Shown here: in pieces, positions 36,806 through 48,265 of the stretch
How the letters are laid out: each line of letters opens with the position of its first letter
Numbering within the stretch: the first letter of the stretch is position 1
Source of the DNA: an uncultured Alphaproteobacteria bacterium
Lineage (GTDB): Bacteria; Pseudomonadota; Alphaproteobacteria; CAAHEQ01; UBA3637
Length of the DNA: 64,000 nt
Reading direction: 5' to 3'
Assembly: GCA_949286245.1 (NCBI GenBank)
Contig: CASECF010000015.1
Location: forward strand, 2,804 to 66,803
Notes under the pieces: generated by a model
Told to the model about the DNA's origin: nothing
The model's input: only the letters and a program-made list of their open reading frames with translations
Database searches by the model: none
Position numbers and translations under genes: made by a program

Positions 36806-38053
36806 ATGATTTTTTCAAAAACAGAACGACTTTTAGCATTCAGATATTTAAAATCTCGTAAGAGAACGGGATTTGTTTCCGTGATCACGGGATTTTCATT
36901 TTTAGGCATTATGCTCGGCGTTGCAACTCTGATTATCGTTATGAGTGTCATGAACGGATTTAGAGCAGAGTTAATGGGGCGCGTGCTAGGCTTAAACGGT
37001 GAATTTGGTATTTACCCGTCTTGGGGATCTCAATTATCTGATTCTGAAACTTATTTACAAAAAATAAAAAGCCTTCCCAACATTGAACAAGTCGTTCCGG
37101 TTGTTGATGGACAAGTGATGGCCTCTTCACCGGAAACATCTGCCGGTGTTATGGTTCGAGGGATCAGACAAGCCGATTTTCAGAAAAGATCTTTACTGAT
37201 AGACAAATATCAAGGACTTCCGATTGAAGAGTTTGTCGATAACGGGATTGTCGTCGGGTGGCGATTAGCACGCAAGTTGGGTGTTCGTGCCGGAGATACC
37301 CTCACGCTTGTTTCTCCGAAAGGGAACATAACGGCGTTCGGCACCATTCCCAAAATGAAAGCGTTTACGGTTATCGGAACGTTTGATACCGGCATGTTTG
37401 AATATGACGGAAACTTTATTTTTATGCCGCTTTTACAAGCTCAACGTTTTTTTGCCTACGGAGATAAAGTTTCCCATTTGGAAATCTTTGTCAAGGATCG
37501 TGACCAATTAACAAACACGATCGAATCTGCTTTTCCGCTAATCGGCAATAATGCTCAAATACACGACTGGCGCTATACCAACCAAGCCTTTTTTAATGCT
37601 ATTGAAGTTGAACGAAACGTAATGTTTTTAATTTTAACCTTAATCATCATCGTGGCTGCTTTTAATATGATTTCGGGTTTAGTCATGTTGGTTCAGGACA
37701 AGACAAAAGATATTGCGGTCTTACGGACAATGGGGATGAAAAAGGGTGCGATTCAACGTATTTTTCTGATGTCCGGTTTAACAGTCGGACTTATGGGGAC
37801 AATCGCAGGGGTCATCTTAGGCTTATTATTTTCTTATAATATTGATTCTATTAAGGAGGGATTGGAAAGCTTATCCGGAACCGAATTATTCGCCGCAGAA
37901 ATTTATTTTCTGTCTCATTTGCCGGCAAAGGTTGATTTAACAGAAGTTGCACTCATCGGCGGTATGTCTCTTTTACTCTCTCTTTTGGCAACTCTTTATC
38001 CCTCTTGGAAAGCCAGTAAAACAGATCCTGTGGAGGCTTTGCGTTATGAGTAA
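36806..38053 (+). CDS. lolC: Lipoprotein-releasing system permease LolC/LolE (FtsX/MacB-like)
   Basis: N-terminal 'ERLLAFRYLKSRKRTGFVSVITGFSFLGIMLGVATLIIVMSVMNGF', a large periplasmic domain and a C-terminal FtsX 3-TM bundle. Stop overlaps the lolD start. Confidence 0.85.
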   Translation: MIFSKTERLLAFRYLKSRKRTGFVSVITGFSFLGIMLGVATLIIVMSVMNGFRAELMGRVLGLNGEFGIYPSWGSQLSDSETYLQKIKSLPNIEQVVPVVDGQVMASSPETSAGVMVRGIRQADFQKRSLLIDKYQGLPIEEFVDNGIVVGWRLARKLGVRAGDTLTLVSPKGNITAFGTIPKMKAFTVIGTFDTGMFEYDGNFIFMPLLQAQRFFAYGDKVSHLEIFVKDRDQLTNTIESAFPLIGNNAQIHDWRYTNQAFFNAIEVERNVMFLILTLIIIVAAFNMISGLVMLVQDKTKDIAVLRTMGMKKGAIQRIFLMSGLTVGLMGTIAGVILGLLFSYNIDSIKEGLESLSGTELFAAEIYFLSHLPAKVDLTEVALIGGMSLLLSLLATLYPSWKASKTDPVEALRYE

Positions 38054-38753
38054 AAACATTTTAAAAGCACCCTGTTTAGAGCTCAATAAAATTGCACGTA
38101 TTTACGGAAAAGGCGAGACAAAACTGACGGTATTAAAAGAGGTTGATTTAACCATCCATTCCGGAGAAATTGTCGCTTTAGTCGGACCATCCGGTTCGGG
38201 GAAATCAACACTTTTACATATTGCGGGACTTTTAGACACACCCACGAAAGGTAAAATTTATATTCAAGGAATGGACATGTCAAAAGCCAGAGACGGTCTT
38301 CGAACACAAATGAGACAAAAGTCGATCGGCTTTGTTTATCAATCACATTTACTGCTCCCTGATTTTAATGCATTAGAGAATGTAATGCTACCACAACTCA
38401 TTGCCGGAATTTCGTTTAAACAAGCCCATCAAAGAGCAGAAGAATTATTAGATCGGGTGGGTCTTAAAAATCGACTGACACACCGATCCGGTCAGTTATC
38501 GGGGGGTGAACAGCAACGGGTTGCCATTGCCAGAGCCTTAGCGAACAATCCGGCGCTTTTATTGGCGGATGAGCCGACCGGTAATTTAGATCCTCAAACA
38601 TCCGAATCCGTTTTTGAAATGTTGCTCTCTATGGTTCGGGAAACAGGATTATCCGCCTTGATTGCAACCCATAATCCTGATTTAGCTCGTCGAATGGATC
38701 GACAAGTGAGCGTCATGGATGGGTATCTGATCGAAAGAGGTCAAGATGCTTGA
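38046..38753 (+). CDS. lolD: Lipoprotein-releasing system ATP-binding protein LolD
   Basis: Walker A '[11 protein letters not shown]', ABC signature '[15 protein letters not shown]', Walker B '[12 protein letters not shown]'. The start was set at MSKNIL (ATG at 38046, overlapping the lolC stop), not the ORF-track start at 37947. Confidence 0.9.
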   Translation: MSKNILKAPCLELNKIARIYGKGETKLTVLKEVDLTIHSGEIVALVGPSGSGKSTLLHIAGLLDTPTKGKIYIQGMDMSKARDGLRTQMRQKSIGFVYQSHLLLPDFNALENVMLPQLIAGISFKQAHQRAEELLDRVGLKNRLTHRSGQLSGGEQQRVAIARALANNPALLLADEPTGNLDPQTSESVFEMLLSMVRETGLSALIATHNPDLARRMDRQVSVMDGYLIERGQDA

Positions 38754-41700
38754 ACCCGAGTTTATTCATTTACGTGTTCACACGGCTTATTCCATTTTGG
38801 AAGGAGCCATCAAGGTTAAAAACTTGGCCAAAAAAATGGCAGAGGATAAAATTCCGGCGGTTGGTATTGCCGACACGAACAACATCTTTGGAGCCATGGA
38901 TTTTGCGATCGAGTGTACAAAGCAAGGTGTTCAACCTATTTTAGGGTGCCAATTGCTGATTAAATCGCCCACTCGGGAGACGTATCCGACAGGAGAAGAA
39001 AAACCACGTTTTGATAAAATGGCTCTTATTGTTCAAAATGAACAAGGATATCAAAATTTACTTCTTCATTTTCGAAATTTTTATATGGGAGAGGGTCGTG
39101 AAACTACCCCTCATTTAACGTTTGAAGAACTACTAACACACACGGAGGGGCTTATTCTACTAACCGGTGGGGCAGAAGGATTATTAGGTCGACCGATTTT
39201 AGAGGGACATCCCGAATTTGCACGAGATCTGTTAATTAAAATGCAAGAAGCCTTTCCCAATCGACTTTATATGGAAATTCAACGGCACGGGTTGGAAAAC
39301 GAAGCTACAACAGAGCCGTTTTTCTTAAAATGGGCTTACGAATTAAACATTCCGTTGGTTGCCGTTAATGAACCTTATTTTTTGACACCGGATATGTATG
39401 AAGCACAAGATGCCCTGTTGTGTATTGCGGAAAAGACCTATGTGGATGAACAAAACAGAAGGCACTTAACACCGGAGCACTATTTAAAATCTCCCGAAGA
39501 GATGAAGGCCTTATTTTCCGATTTACCGGAAGCTGTTCAAAACACGGTCCAAATAGCCAAACGTTCATTCTTTTTAGCCGGAAAGAAAAAACCGGCTTTT
39601 CCGAATTATGACTGCAAAGGAAAAACGGAAGACGACGTTTTAAAAGAAATGGCAGAAGCCGGTTTCGAAATGAGAATGAAAGGGAGATCAGAAGAAGAGA
39701 GAAAACGCTATCATGACCGTTTGGAATATGAATTGGGAATTATTAAGCAGATGGGGTTCCCCGGCTATTTTCTCATTGTGGCCGATTTTATTCAATGGTC
39801 TAAAGCGCACGGTGTTCCGGTGGGACCGGGACGGGGTTCGGGAGCGGGGTCCGTTGTTGCGTGGTGTTTAACGATTACAAATATTGATCCGCTTCGTTTC
39901 AATTTGCTTTTTGAACGTTTTCTCAATCCGGAACGTGTTTCCATGCCTGATTTTGACGTAGATTTTTGTCAGGAGAACCGCTACAAAACCATAGAATATG
40001 TTCAACGACGCTACGGAGCGGACCATGTGGCTCAGATTCTGGCCATTGGGCAGCTTCAAGCCAAGGCCGTCATCCGAGATGTCGGACGTGTTTTACAAAT
40101 TCCATATCCGGTTGTTGATCGGCTGAGTAAATTGGTTCCGAATGAATTGGGAATTTCACTTCAAGAAGCCCTTGATAAAGAGCCGGAATTTCAAAAAGAA
40201 GCAAACGCCGATGAATCCATTAAGCGTCTTTTAGAGATTGCTCTTAAACTGGAGGGATTATATCGAAACATTTCCATGCATGCAGCCGGTGTTGTTATCG
40301 GAAATAAACCGCTTGAACAAATTGTTCCGATCTACAAAGATCCGTCTTCCGATATGCCAATCACACAATACGACAAACATTTTGTGGAAGATGCAAGTTT
40401 AATTAAATTTGACTTTTTAGGTCTTAAAACACTCACAACCATTGAAAAAACCATAGAATTAGTTCGAAAGCGTATCAAAGACCTACCGGATATTAACGAT
40501 TTACCTTTGGATGACCCTGAGACATATGCGTTATTAAAAACAGGGAACACAACCGGTGTTTTCCAATTGGAAAGTACGGGAATGCGAAAAATCCTTCATG
40601 ATTTACAACCGGACAAGATTGAAGACATTGTGGCTTTGGTCTCATTATACAGACCGGGGCCGATGGATAGTATTCCCAGTTATATTGCCCGTAAAAAAGG
40701 AGAAGAAGAATCCGACTATATGCATCCGATGCTTGAAGGGATTTTAAAAGAAACCTATGGAATTATGATTTACCAAGAACAGGTGATGCAAATTTCACAA
40801 GTCATGGCGGGATATACGTTAGGCGGAGCCGATCTGTTGAGACGAGCCATGGGGAAAAAGATTAAATCCGAAATGGACAAGCAACGATCTATTTTTATTG
40901 AGGGGGCGATTAAGAATAACGTCAAAAAAGAGACGGCCGAGCTTGTTTTTGACAAAATGGCCAAGTTTGCCGAATATGGCTTTAATAAATCGCACGCAGC
41001 CGCTTACGCTTATATTGCCTATCAAACGGCTTATTTAAAAGCCCATTATCCGTTGGAATTTATGGCGGCAACGATGACCCTTGATAAAACAAATACGGAT
41101 AAACTGGCCTTTTTTAAAGCTGACGTTGAAAAGATGGGTTTTAAAATTCTACCGCCTGACATCAACAGATCGGGAGTTAATTTTACGGTTGAAAACGGTT
41201 CTTTACGCTACGCTTTATCGGCAATCAAAAATGTTGGGGAAGCCGGCATGACTGCCATTGTTGCCGAACGAGACAAAAACGGTCCGTTTCGATCTCTTCA
41301 AGATTTTTTCACGCGAGTGGATGTCAGTGCTTTAAACAAGCGATACATTGAAAATTTAGCTAAAGCCGGCGCCTTTGAATCCATAGAAAAAAACAGAGCT
41401 AAGATTTTTGAAAATATTGAAACGTGTCTAGCTTATGCCTCTCAAGCAACCGAAAGTCGTAAGAGTTCTCAAATCAGTTTATTTGGTCAAGACAGTTCGT
41501 TTACAGCACTCAAGCTCAAAGAAATTCCGGACTGGGGGCATCTGGAAAAATTAGAAAAGGAAATGGAGGCGTTAGGGTTTTACTTATCCGCCCATCCGTT
41601 GGATTCCTATGAATCTGTTTTTGAAAGACTTCGAGTGGTTTCCTCAGCCGATCTGCCGGACATGATTCGAGCAACCGGAAGTATTCGGGTTCAAGTGGCA

Positions 41701-42168
41701 GGAATCGTCTCATCCGTACGAGAGCGAATCAGCCAAAAAGGAAATAAGTTTGCCTTTATAACCGCATCGGATAAATCCGGCACTTATGAATTTATGTGTT
41801 TTTCAGATCTCCTGGCATTATCTCGAGAAAAATTAAAATCAGGTCAACCTCTTTTATTAACATTGACAGGTGATAAAAAACCGGATGATGATAATATTCG
41901 TTTATCCGTGCAAAGTGTTGAATATCTTTCCGAAGTCATGTCCAAAACAGTCTCCAGCTTATTGATCACTCTCGATTCCCCCCTTCCCCTTCAAGAAATA
42001 AAACAAATACTGGAGAAAGATCAACGAGGGAAAAGCGCTGTTTTCATTATTGCAAAAACAGATGGATATGATGTGGAAATCGCTCTTACACAAAAATATA
42101 CTCTTCTCCCACACACAATAGAGGCTCTCCAAAAATTATCGGGACCTCTTGACATTAAGCAGGTTTAA
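38746..42168 (+). CDS. dnaE: DNA polymerase III alpha subunit
   Basis: 1140 aa. N-terminal PHP domain 'FIHLRVHTAYSILEGA', polymerase core 'GVPVGPGRGSGAGSVVAWCLTITNIDPL' and 'PDFDVDF'. C-terminal OB domain. Confidence 0.95.
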   Translation: MLEPEFIHLRVHTAYSILEGAIKVKNLAKKMAEDKIPAVGIADTNNIFGAMDFAIECTKQGVQPILGCQLLIKSPTRETYPTGEEKPRFDKMALIVQNEQGYQNLLLHFRNFYMGEGRETTPHLTFEELLTHTEGLILLTGGAEGLLGRPILEGHPEFARDLLIKMQEAFPNRLYMEIQRHGLENEATTEPFFLKWAYELNIPLVAVNEPYFLTPDMYEAQDALLCIAEKTYVDEQNRRHLTPEHYLKSPEEMKALFSDLPEAVQNTVQIAKRSFFLAGKKKPAFPNYDCKGKTEDDVLKEMAEAGFEMRMKGRSEEERKRYHDRLEYELGIIKQMGFPGYFLIVADFIQWSKAHGVPVGPGRGSGAGSVVAWCLTITNIDPLRFNLLFERFLNPERVSMPDFDVDFCQENRYKTIEYVQRRYGADHVAQILAIGQLQAKAVIRDVGRVLQIPYPVVDRLSKLVPNELGISLQEALDKEPEFQKEANADESIKRLLEIALKLEGLYRNISMHAAGVVIGNKPLEQIVPIYKDPSSDMPITQYDKHFVEDASLIKFDFLGLKTLTTIEKTIELVRKRIKDLPDINDLPLDDPETYALLKTGNTTGVFQLESTGMRKILHDLQPDKIEDIVALVSLYRPGPMDSIPSYIARKKGEEESDYMHPMLEGILKETYGIMIYQEQVMQISQVMAGYTLGGADLLRRAMGKKIKSEMDKQRSIFIEGAIKNNVKKETAELVFDKMAKFAEYGFNKSHAAAYAYIAYQTAYLKAHYPLEFMAATMTLDKTNTDKLAFFKADVEKMGFKILPPDINRSGVNFTVENGSLRYALSAIKNVGEAGMTAIVAERDKNGPFRSLQDFFTRVDVSALNKRYIENLAKAGAFESIEKNRAKIFENIETCLAYASQATESRKSSQISLFGQDSSFTALKLKEIPDWGHLEKLEKEMEALGFYLSAHPLDSYESVFERLRVVSSADLPDMIRATGSIRVQVAGIVSSVRERISQKGNKFAFITASDKSGTYEFMCFSDLLALSREKLKSGQPLLLTLTGDKKPDDDNIRLSVQSVEYLSEVMSKTVSSLLITLDSPLPLQEIKQILEKDQRGKSAVFIIAKTDGYDVEIALTQKYTLLPHTIEALQKLSGPLDIKQV

Positions 42169-42215
42169 AATGTTTACAAGGAGTTCTATTTTCTTAACAT
42201 TAAAAAAGGCTTAAC

Positions 42216-43958
42216 ATGAAAAAAGTACTATATTGTTTATTATTGATTTTTATCCCATTAACTCTACAAGCCGAAGAAATAAAGTTATTTTTAAACCATC
42301 CTAATTGGCAACGCTCGTATTCGATCAAAAATGATCGTCTTTACAGTGAGAACCATAAAAGCAATGCAGATGTTTTGTTTTATGACGGACAAACACTAAT
42401 CGTTAAGTGGGATCAATACGGAACCGAGTTATTTAAAAAAACAGGGGAGGCATTTTCCTTGGGAGATATTAGAGAGAAAATGATTGAGGAGGAGTATCAA
42501 AAACTGGAATATTCTTTTCAAAACCCCTTTATTTTAGTTAATCCCTATAAAAGAAATCCTTTGGTAGCTCTTATTCGTTTTCCGACAGAACAAGAAGCAA
42601 AAATCAGCATTCGAATTAAAGGAATATCACCGGCTCCCGATATCACACATACATTTTCAAGGTACGAAACAGAACATCAAATTCCCATTTTAGGTCTCTA
42701 TCCGAATCATAAAAACATTGTTGAAATCACCGCTTTATATAAAGACGGGACACAAGAAACAAAAACGCACACCATCCAAACACAACCTCTGAAAACAAAT
42801 ATATTCTATACGATAATAAATAAAAAAGACACACAAAATCATTATTATTTCGGAAATGCTCGAGAAAATAATGTTTATGATGAATTCGGATATATTCGTT
42901 TTGCGTTTCAAACCGGTCGATTTACTTATTGGTTTGATGATTACTTGATCAAAGAAATACCGACCAACGGAATTTCCGTTTATGATAAAATCGGTAAATT
43001 TATTCGATTTATCCCTTTTAATTCTTCATCAGAACAAAAGAAATTTAAAAGTTATGACCATGGTGTCTCTCGGGTTTCTAAAAACCATCACTTAATTATC
43101 GGCACATTACAAGACACCGTTTATCAGGATACAGACGGTCAAAAAAGAACTGCTTATGATATTATATTGGATCTGGATCAAACGGGACAAAGGAAAATCT
43201 TTGATATGGGGCATATTTTAAATCCATTTCGTAGAGTTTCCTTTAAAATCGAACCGGATGTGTTCGATTGGGCTCACACCAATTCCGTTCGGTATCTTCC
43301 CCAAGATCAATCTCTTCTTATCTCACTCAAATACATCGGATTTATTAAAATCGACTATCCTTCCGGCCAATTAAAATGGATTGCCGCTCCACACCTTCAA
43401 TGGGATCGTTCTCAAAGAGACGGAAAAGGAGCATCACTGACAGACAAATTACTTACCGCCGTTGATTCTCAAGGGAATCCTCTTCCGGATCCCGTTCAAA
43501 AAGGATATATTCAGGCAAAAGAATTTATGTGGCCGATCAACAATCATGATGCTCGCTCCCTCGGGAACGGATTATACAGCATCTATTCCAACAACGGGCC
43601 GATATATGATAAAACCGTTCAGACACAAAATAAAAGTGCCGTCTTAATTTATAAAATAGATGAAAATAAAAAAACGATTCAAATGGTTGATTACTATCCA
43701 TTGGATCACTACGCTCCATGGGCCTCCAGTGCCGTTTATATGCCGGACACGAATGATCTTTTTATCTATAGTGCCAGCATAGAAGGTAAAAACCAAAAAT
43801 ACTATAACCAACTTCAGCGCGTTGACACACAAACAAAGGAAGTTCTTTTTAGTGCCCTGTTATTTATCCCGCACAATAATATTTGGAATAGCTACCACTA
43901 TCACATGTATCCGATTTCATTTTATGAGGGGATGAAAACATATGGAACATCGGAATAG
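42216..43958 (+). CDS. Arylsulfotransferase (ASST)-family beta-propeller protein, secreted. Paralog 2.
   Basis: Signal peptide MKKVLYCLLLIFIPLTLQA. 'DWAHTNSVRYLPQDQSLLISLKYIGFIKIDYPSGQLKWIAAP' and 'ILNP' align with the AssT catalytic region. Clear paralog of 18181-19968; 'NPYKRNPLVALIRFPTE' matches 'NPYKNNPLLALIRFPTQ' there. Confidence 0.75.
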   Translation: MKKVLYCLLLIFIPLTLQAEEIKLFLNHPNWQRSYSIKNDRLYSENHKSNADVLFYDGQTLIVKWDQYGTELFKKTGEAFSLGDIREKMIEEEYQKLEYSFQNPFILVNPYKRNPLVALIRFPTEQEAKISIRIKGISPAPDITHTFSRYETEHQIPILGLYPNHKNIVEITALYKDGTQETKTHTIQTQPLKTNIFYTIINKKDTQNHYYFGNARENNVYDEFGYIRFAFQTGRFTYWFDDYLIKEIPTNGISVYDKIGKFIRFIPFNSSSEQKKFKSYDHGVSRVSKNHHLIIGTLQDTVYQDTDGQKRTAYDIILDLDQTGQRKIFDMGHILNPFRRVSFKIEPDVFDWAHTNSVRYLPQDQSLLISLKYIGFIKIDYPSGQLKWIAAPHLQWDRSQRDGKGASLTDKLLTAVDSQGNPLPDPVQKGYIQAKEFMWPINNHDARSLGNGLYSIYSNNGPIYDKTVQTQNKSAVLIYKIDENKKTIQMVDYYPLDHYAPWASSAVYMPDTNDLFIYSASIEGKNQKYYNQLQRVDTQTKEVLFSALLFIPHNNIWNSYHYHMYPISFYEGMKTYGTSE

Positions 43959-43980
43959 AAGATAAAGAGTAGATACGCAA

Positions 43981-44985
43981 TTAAAAATTAAAACTCATAT
44001 TAATTCCGTATCCTAATTGACCGTTTTGTGTCAACATCGGTTGAGAATGGAAAGCCAGAGAAGAATTGATTGGTTTTTCCTCAGGCCAAATCATTTGAGT
44101 CACTTCTGTCATCGGATCCATCAAAAAAAGTGCCGTTGTTCCGAGAGCTTCAGAATCCCATAATTCACCGTCATTTTCCAAAATATTTCTTTTTGTGACA
44201 TAAAACCACTCACCCAACACGGCACCGCCGACAGGCGTCACAATTAAATCTTGAATGGAGGGACGTTCCGCAAACGACTCAATTCCGTATTCCCAAAAGA
44301 ATGTCGATAATGCAAAAGAATACATAAAAGAAGAAAAAGCGTTTGCTCCGGCGGATCTGGCACCCATATAATAAATAGCTCCGACATAGGGATGAGCAAT
44401 GTAGTTCAAGAAAAGATCATCTTTATCCCAAACAGGGGCATGTGAAACATTGTCCCACCATTTTGAAAACGGGCTTTGCCCGTCATCTTCCCAATTTGTA
44501 AAACTGGAGGGCATCATATATAAAATTGCCATTGTTCCAACACCGGCCCCCACCAAAAGACCCGTATTTTTAAGTAATAAATCACGATCAATTTGTTGTT
44601 CATCCAGCGAATACGGTCGATCATAGATAGTTAAATAAGAATTTTCCTCCTCCTGATTGAGAGCAATAAATTCTGAAGAAAGAGAAGTATTCACCGGTTG
44701 AGACATATAAAAATCGGCTTTTTTTTCAGAAAAACCCTGTTGAGAGAAATTGGTTTTTATGGGTAATTGTTGATTGCAAGAAGGGGATATCCCTCTATTT
44801 TTTTGCATCTGTATTTGATGCCATGTCCTACAAAAATCACCTGATTGATCGGATTTTATTTCGGAGCGAATGATGGGTGCTTGAGATTTTTTGTCCACAT
44901 CGGCATACCCTTCTCCACTCAAACAACACCCCATTACAACAAAAGAGAAGCTCAAAAGATATTTAATAAAAAAGCTCTGTTTCAT
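43981..44985 (-). CDS. Hypothetical secreted protein or lipoprotein (334 aa)
   Basis: N-terminal signal 'LLSFSFVVMGCCLS' is lipobox-like. Aromatic-rich C-terminal half. No recognised domain. Confidence 0.5.
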   Translation of the reverse strand: MKQSFFIKYLLSFSFVVMGCCLSGEGYADVDKKSQAPIIRSEIKSDQSGDFCRTWHQIQMQKNRGISPSCNQQLPIKTNFSQQGFSEKKADFYMSQPVNTSLSSEFIALNQEEENSYLTIYDRPYSLDEQQIDRDLLLKNTGLLVGAGVGTMAILYMMPSSFTNWEDDGQSPFSKWWDNVSHAPVWDKDDLFLNYIAHPYVGAIYYMGARSAGANAFSSFMYSFALSTFFWEYGIESFAERPSIQDLIVTPVGGAVLGEWFYVTKRNILENDGELWDSEALGTTALFLMDPMTEVTQMIWPEEKPINSSLAFHSQPMLTQNGQLGYGINMSFNF

Positions 44986-45163
44986 CCGTTATTCCTACGA
45001 TCAATAAATCCTGACAAAGTCTTTACAAGAGATGGAAAAATATAATAATATGTCCATATAAAGTACCTTTTTTTTATAAAATTGACAATAAAAAAATAGA
45101 TTCCATGTAAATTTTTCTTGATAAATAATCACATTTTTTTTAAAACAAAAAGAGTGATCAACC

Positions 45164-46753
45164 ATGGAGGAATTCGTGCGTTTTTTCTTGAGTATTTTGT
45201 TTCTTTGTGTTTGTGTATTTTACAATCATTCCACTTTTGCATACACGCTTCATCTCATGCACACAAATGATTTGCATGCCCATTTTTTACCAAGTAATCA
45301 AAACAATCAAGTATGTACGGATCAATCGCCTGATTGTGCCGGCGGATTCAGTCGGATCAAAACACTGATTGATCAAGAACGGGACAAACACAAGGATCTG
45401 ATCTTATTGGATGCCGGAGATCGATTTTCCGGAACAATTTTTTATACGCTTCGAAAAAGTCAAGACTTAGCTCCCATTTTAAAAACATTTCATTACGACG
45501 CTCTCACCATCGGCAATCATGAATTAGATGACGGAACGGGAGAGTTTCGGTCTTTTTTTGATAAAGTAGATACCCCTGTCGTGGCTTCAAATGTTCGTTT
45601 TTTAAAGGATTCTGCTTTGGACAAACAAATTGCCTCCTCCAAAATCATCACACGAAACGGAAAAAAAATAGGAATCATCGGCGTTTTAACTGAAGAAACC
45701 AAAACAGCCTGTGAACATGCCGATGAAATTGAAATTGAGGATGTTCAAACAGCAGTCGCTCGTGAAATTCAAAAATTAAAAAGACAAGGTGTTCATATTA
45801 TCATTGTATTATCACATATCGGATATGAAGAGGATCAAAAATTGGCACAAACCGTTCCGGGAATTCACATGATTGTTGGCGGGCATTCTCATACTATTTT
45901 ATCGAGCGATCCTGATAATAAAGAAGCGACAGGGACATATCCGACAGTTGTTATCAATCCTGAACAAAAACCCGTTTTAATTGTCACTGCCGGTGTCTTT
46001 GGTCGTTATATCGGTCGCTTAGATGTTGAATTTGATGAAGAGAATACCCCTATTGCATGGAATGGGAATGCCCTCTTCGTTCACTCATCCATAAAACCGG
46101 ATCCGGCAATCGAAAGACGGGTCAATTATGCATATCAACTGGTTGAACGACAGGGACAAGAAAAAATTACAACATTAAAAGAGGATCTCTTAATGACTCC
46201 TCAAAAAAGTTTCTGTTCCGAATCTTGTCATATCGGTGAGGTTTTATCAAATGCTCTCCTTCAAGGAGCCGTCGGTGCCGATATTGCATTATTAAACGCG
46301 GGAGGAATTCGGGCCGGTCTTTCTAAAGGCGATATGACACTTTCTGACCTGATAGATGTTTTTCCGTTTGATTCAAAAGCCGTTCTCATTCAAATGACGG
46401 GACAACAATTGATCGACTACCTGTCATACGCACTACAATCATACTCACCAACGGATCGAACCAACTCGTTTTTACAATCTGCCGGCCTGTCATATTCATT
46501 TGACGAAGAAGCACGTCTCCCCTTTAACATTTTAATTCATGGGAAACCTCTTCAAAAAAACAGAACATACACAATTGTCACCGCCTCATTTTTAGCAAAC
46601 GGGGGAGATGGCTTCCCCGTCTTTAAACCGATCAAAACGTTTCCGCAAACACTTCGTGGTATTCTGAATCAGCAATTAAAAAAGAATCCGATTCCAAGTT
46701 TTAAAAACAATATTCAAAAAGAAGAGCCGTCTACACTCAAAAAAGCAGCGTAA
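45164..46753 (+). CDS. Bifunctional metallophosphatase / 5'-nucleotidase (UshA-like), secreted
   Basis: Signal peptide. Calcineurin-like motifs 'HTNDLHAHF', 'LDAGDRFSGT', 'GNHELD' and 'GGHSHT'. C-terminal 5'-nucleotidase substrate-binding domain. Confidence 0.85.
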   Translation: MEEFVRFFLSILFLCVCVFYNHSTFAYTLHLMHTNDLHAHFLPSNQNNQVCTDQSPDCAGGFSRIKTLIDQERDKHKDLILLDAGDRFSGTIFYTLRKSQDLAPILKTFHYDALTIGNHELDDGTGEFRSFFDKVDTPVVASNVRFLKDSALDKQIASSKIITRNGKKIGIIGVLTEETKTACEHADEIEIEDVQTAVAREIQKLKRQGVHIIIVLSHIGYEEDQKLAQTVPGIHMIVGGHSHTILSSDPDNKEATGTYPTVVINPEQKPVLIVTAGVFGRYIGRLDVEFDEENTPIAWNGNALFVHSSIKPDPAIERRVNYAYQLVERQGQEKITTLKEDLLMTPQKSFCSESCHIGEVLSNALLQGAVGADIALLNAGGIRAGLSKGDMTLSDLIDVFPFDSKAVLIQMTGQQLIDYLSYALQSYSPTDRTNSFLQSAGLSYSFDEEARLPFNILIHGKPLQKNRTYTIVTASFLANGGDGFPVFKPIKTFPQTLRGILNQQLKKNPIPSFKNNIQKEEPSTLKKAA

Positions 46754-46801
46754 TTCTTTGAAGTTTGATAAATAATTCGATAGGGCTCTAAAAACAATTT
46801 T

Positions 46802-48085
46802 TTAAGCCGGTTTTCTGAACCCTTCAACCGGACAAGCCATTTCTTTTTGAGCAACCTCTCCTATTTTCTTTTGGCGAAATGAGATTAAATAGAAGCCATT
46901 AGAAGTAAACGCAAGGCTATATCCGATTAACATCGCCCAAAACGGAGAAAATTGATCTCCGAGCCATCCGATAAACAACGAACACATTGAATACATACCT
47001 CCGTTCAACAAAGAGGACAGAGATAAAATAGTTCCTCTTTCACCTAAAGAAGCCTCATTTTGTAAAAAAACACCAGAGGCTGGACTATAAACACCGAAAC
47101 AACCGGAAGCACCCGTCTTTAGAAATAAGGTTCCGATATTGGAAAGAGAAATACCGATTATGTTTAAAAGATTATCCAATAAAGCTCCCGCCAAAATCGT
47201 GCGCTCGATTCCGATCCATTTCCCGATTCGAGCCGAAAAATAACTGGTCAAGCTATTCATTAAATGACCCAAAAAACGCCAAATACTCAAAGACCATTCG
47301 GGAACAAACGTTTTATAAAAATTAGCGCTAAACGTGAAAGAGGCCTCATTTAATCCGAAATAAGAGGCTTCTGCCAGAGAAAACCATAAAAGGCGTTTAT
47401 TATAAAATATATAAACCATTGCTTTTTTGATATGCTTAAATGGGTTGCTGGCCGTGTTTTTTTGTTTGAGGGGATCTTTCAAAAAAAGCGTAGTCACAAA
47501 AGCAATCGCAATCGGAAAGAGGGTTGCGACCATAGCGGTTTTTAAAGAAATAAAAATAAAAATACTTCCGAACAATGCCCCTAAAGCAAGCCCTAAAGCG
47601 GATAAAGATTTACATCTAGAAATAATCCGGTGATATTCCTCTTTACGATGAAGGTCTATTAAACTTTCATACACCAAAGAGTCATTATTGGTTGTTCCCA
47701 TAGAGCGATAAATTCCCATAAACAATGCCCCGACGACCAAAATCTCATAAGAGCCGGCAAAAGCATATAAAAAAGCGGCAATCAACCGAGCCAATGTGCA
47801 AAACATCGTAATCATTCTTCGACCGAATTTATCTGATAAAAATCCGACCGGAACACCTAAACAAGCCCCCGTCATATAGCCGATTGCATATAAACTCATG
47901 GCACGCATATAACTGCCGGTGATAGAGGCAAAATAAATCACCTCAATCGGGAGAGAAAACTGCATTTTCCAAAACAATTGATATAAGTACATCAGCGGAA
48001 TATTCCGCTCCAACCGATTATTTGTTCGAAGGGACTGAATAAAATTTTTAAAAAAAGTAAACGGAGTAAAGAATATTTGCATCAT
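46802..48085 (-). CDS. MFS-family transporter
   Basis: About 12 predicted TM segments. 'DKFGRR' loop motif between TM2 and TM3, typical of MFS. Confidence 0.75.
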   Translation of the reverse strand: MMQIFFTPFTFFKNFIQSLRTNNRLERNIPLMYLYQLFWKMQFSLPIEVIYFASITGSYMRAMSLYAIGYMTGACLGVPVGFLSDKFGRRMITMFCTLARLIAAFLYAFAGSYEILVVGALFMGIYRSMGTTNNDSLVYESLIDLHRKEEYHRIISRCKSLSALGLALGALFGSIFIFISLKTAMVATLFPIAIAFVTTLFLKDPLKQKNTASNPFKHIKKAMVYIFYNKRLLWFSLAEASYFGLNEASFTFSANFYKTFVPEWSLSIWRFLGHLMNSLTSYFSARIGKWIGIERTILAGALLDNLLNIIGISLSNIGTLFLKTGASGCFGVYSPASGVFLQNEASLGERGTILSLSSLLNGGMYSMCSLFIGWLGDQFSPFWAMLIGYSLAFTSNGFYLISFRQKKIGEVAQKEMACPVEGFRKPA

Positions 48086-48265
48086 TTATATCGTATATCT
48101 TGTTTCTGTTCAAAAATCAATTTTTTTCATAAAATCGAATAAAAGAAGAAAAGAAGAAAAAATCTTTTAAATACAGTAAAAAAATAAAAAGAAAGCCTTT
48201 CCATACTTTCCGATGATTGATTTTTACATAAAAATATATGATAATCTGTTTCGATCGGAGAAAAT

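Noticed and set aside
37947-38045. Longer LolD start overlapping lolC by about 100 nt
   Set aside because: The internal ATG at 38046 gives the canonical LolD N-terminus and overlaps the lolC stop in the usual ATGA-type coupling.
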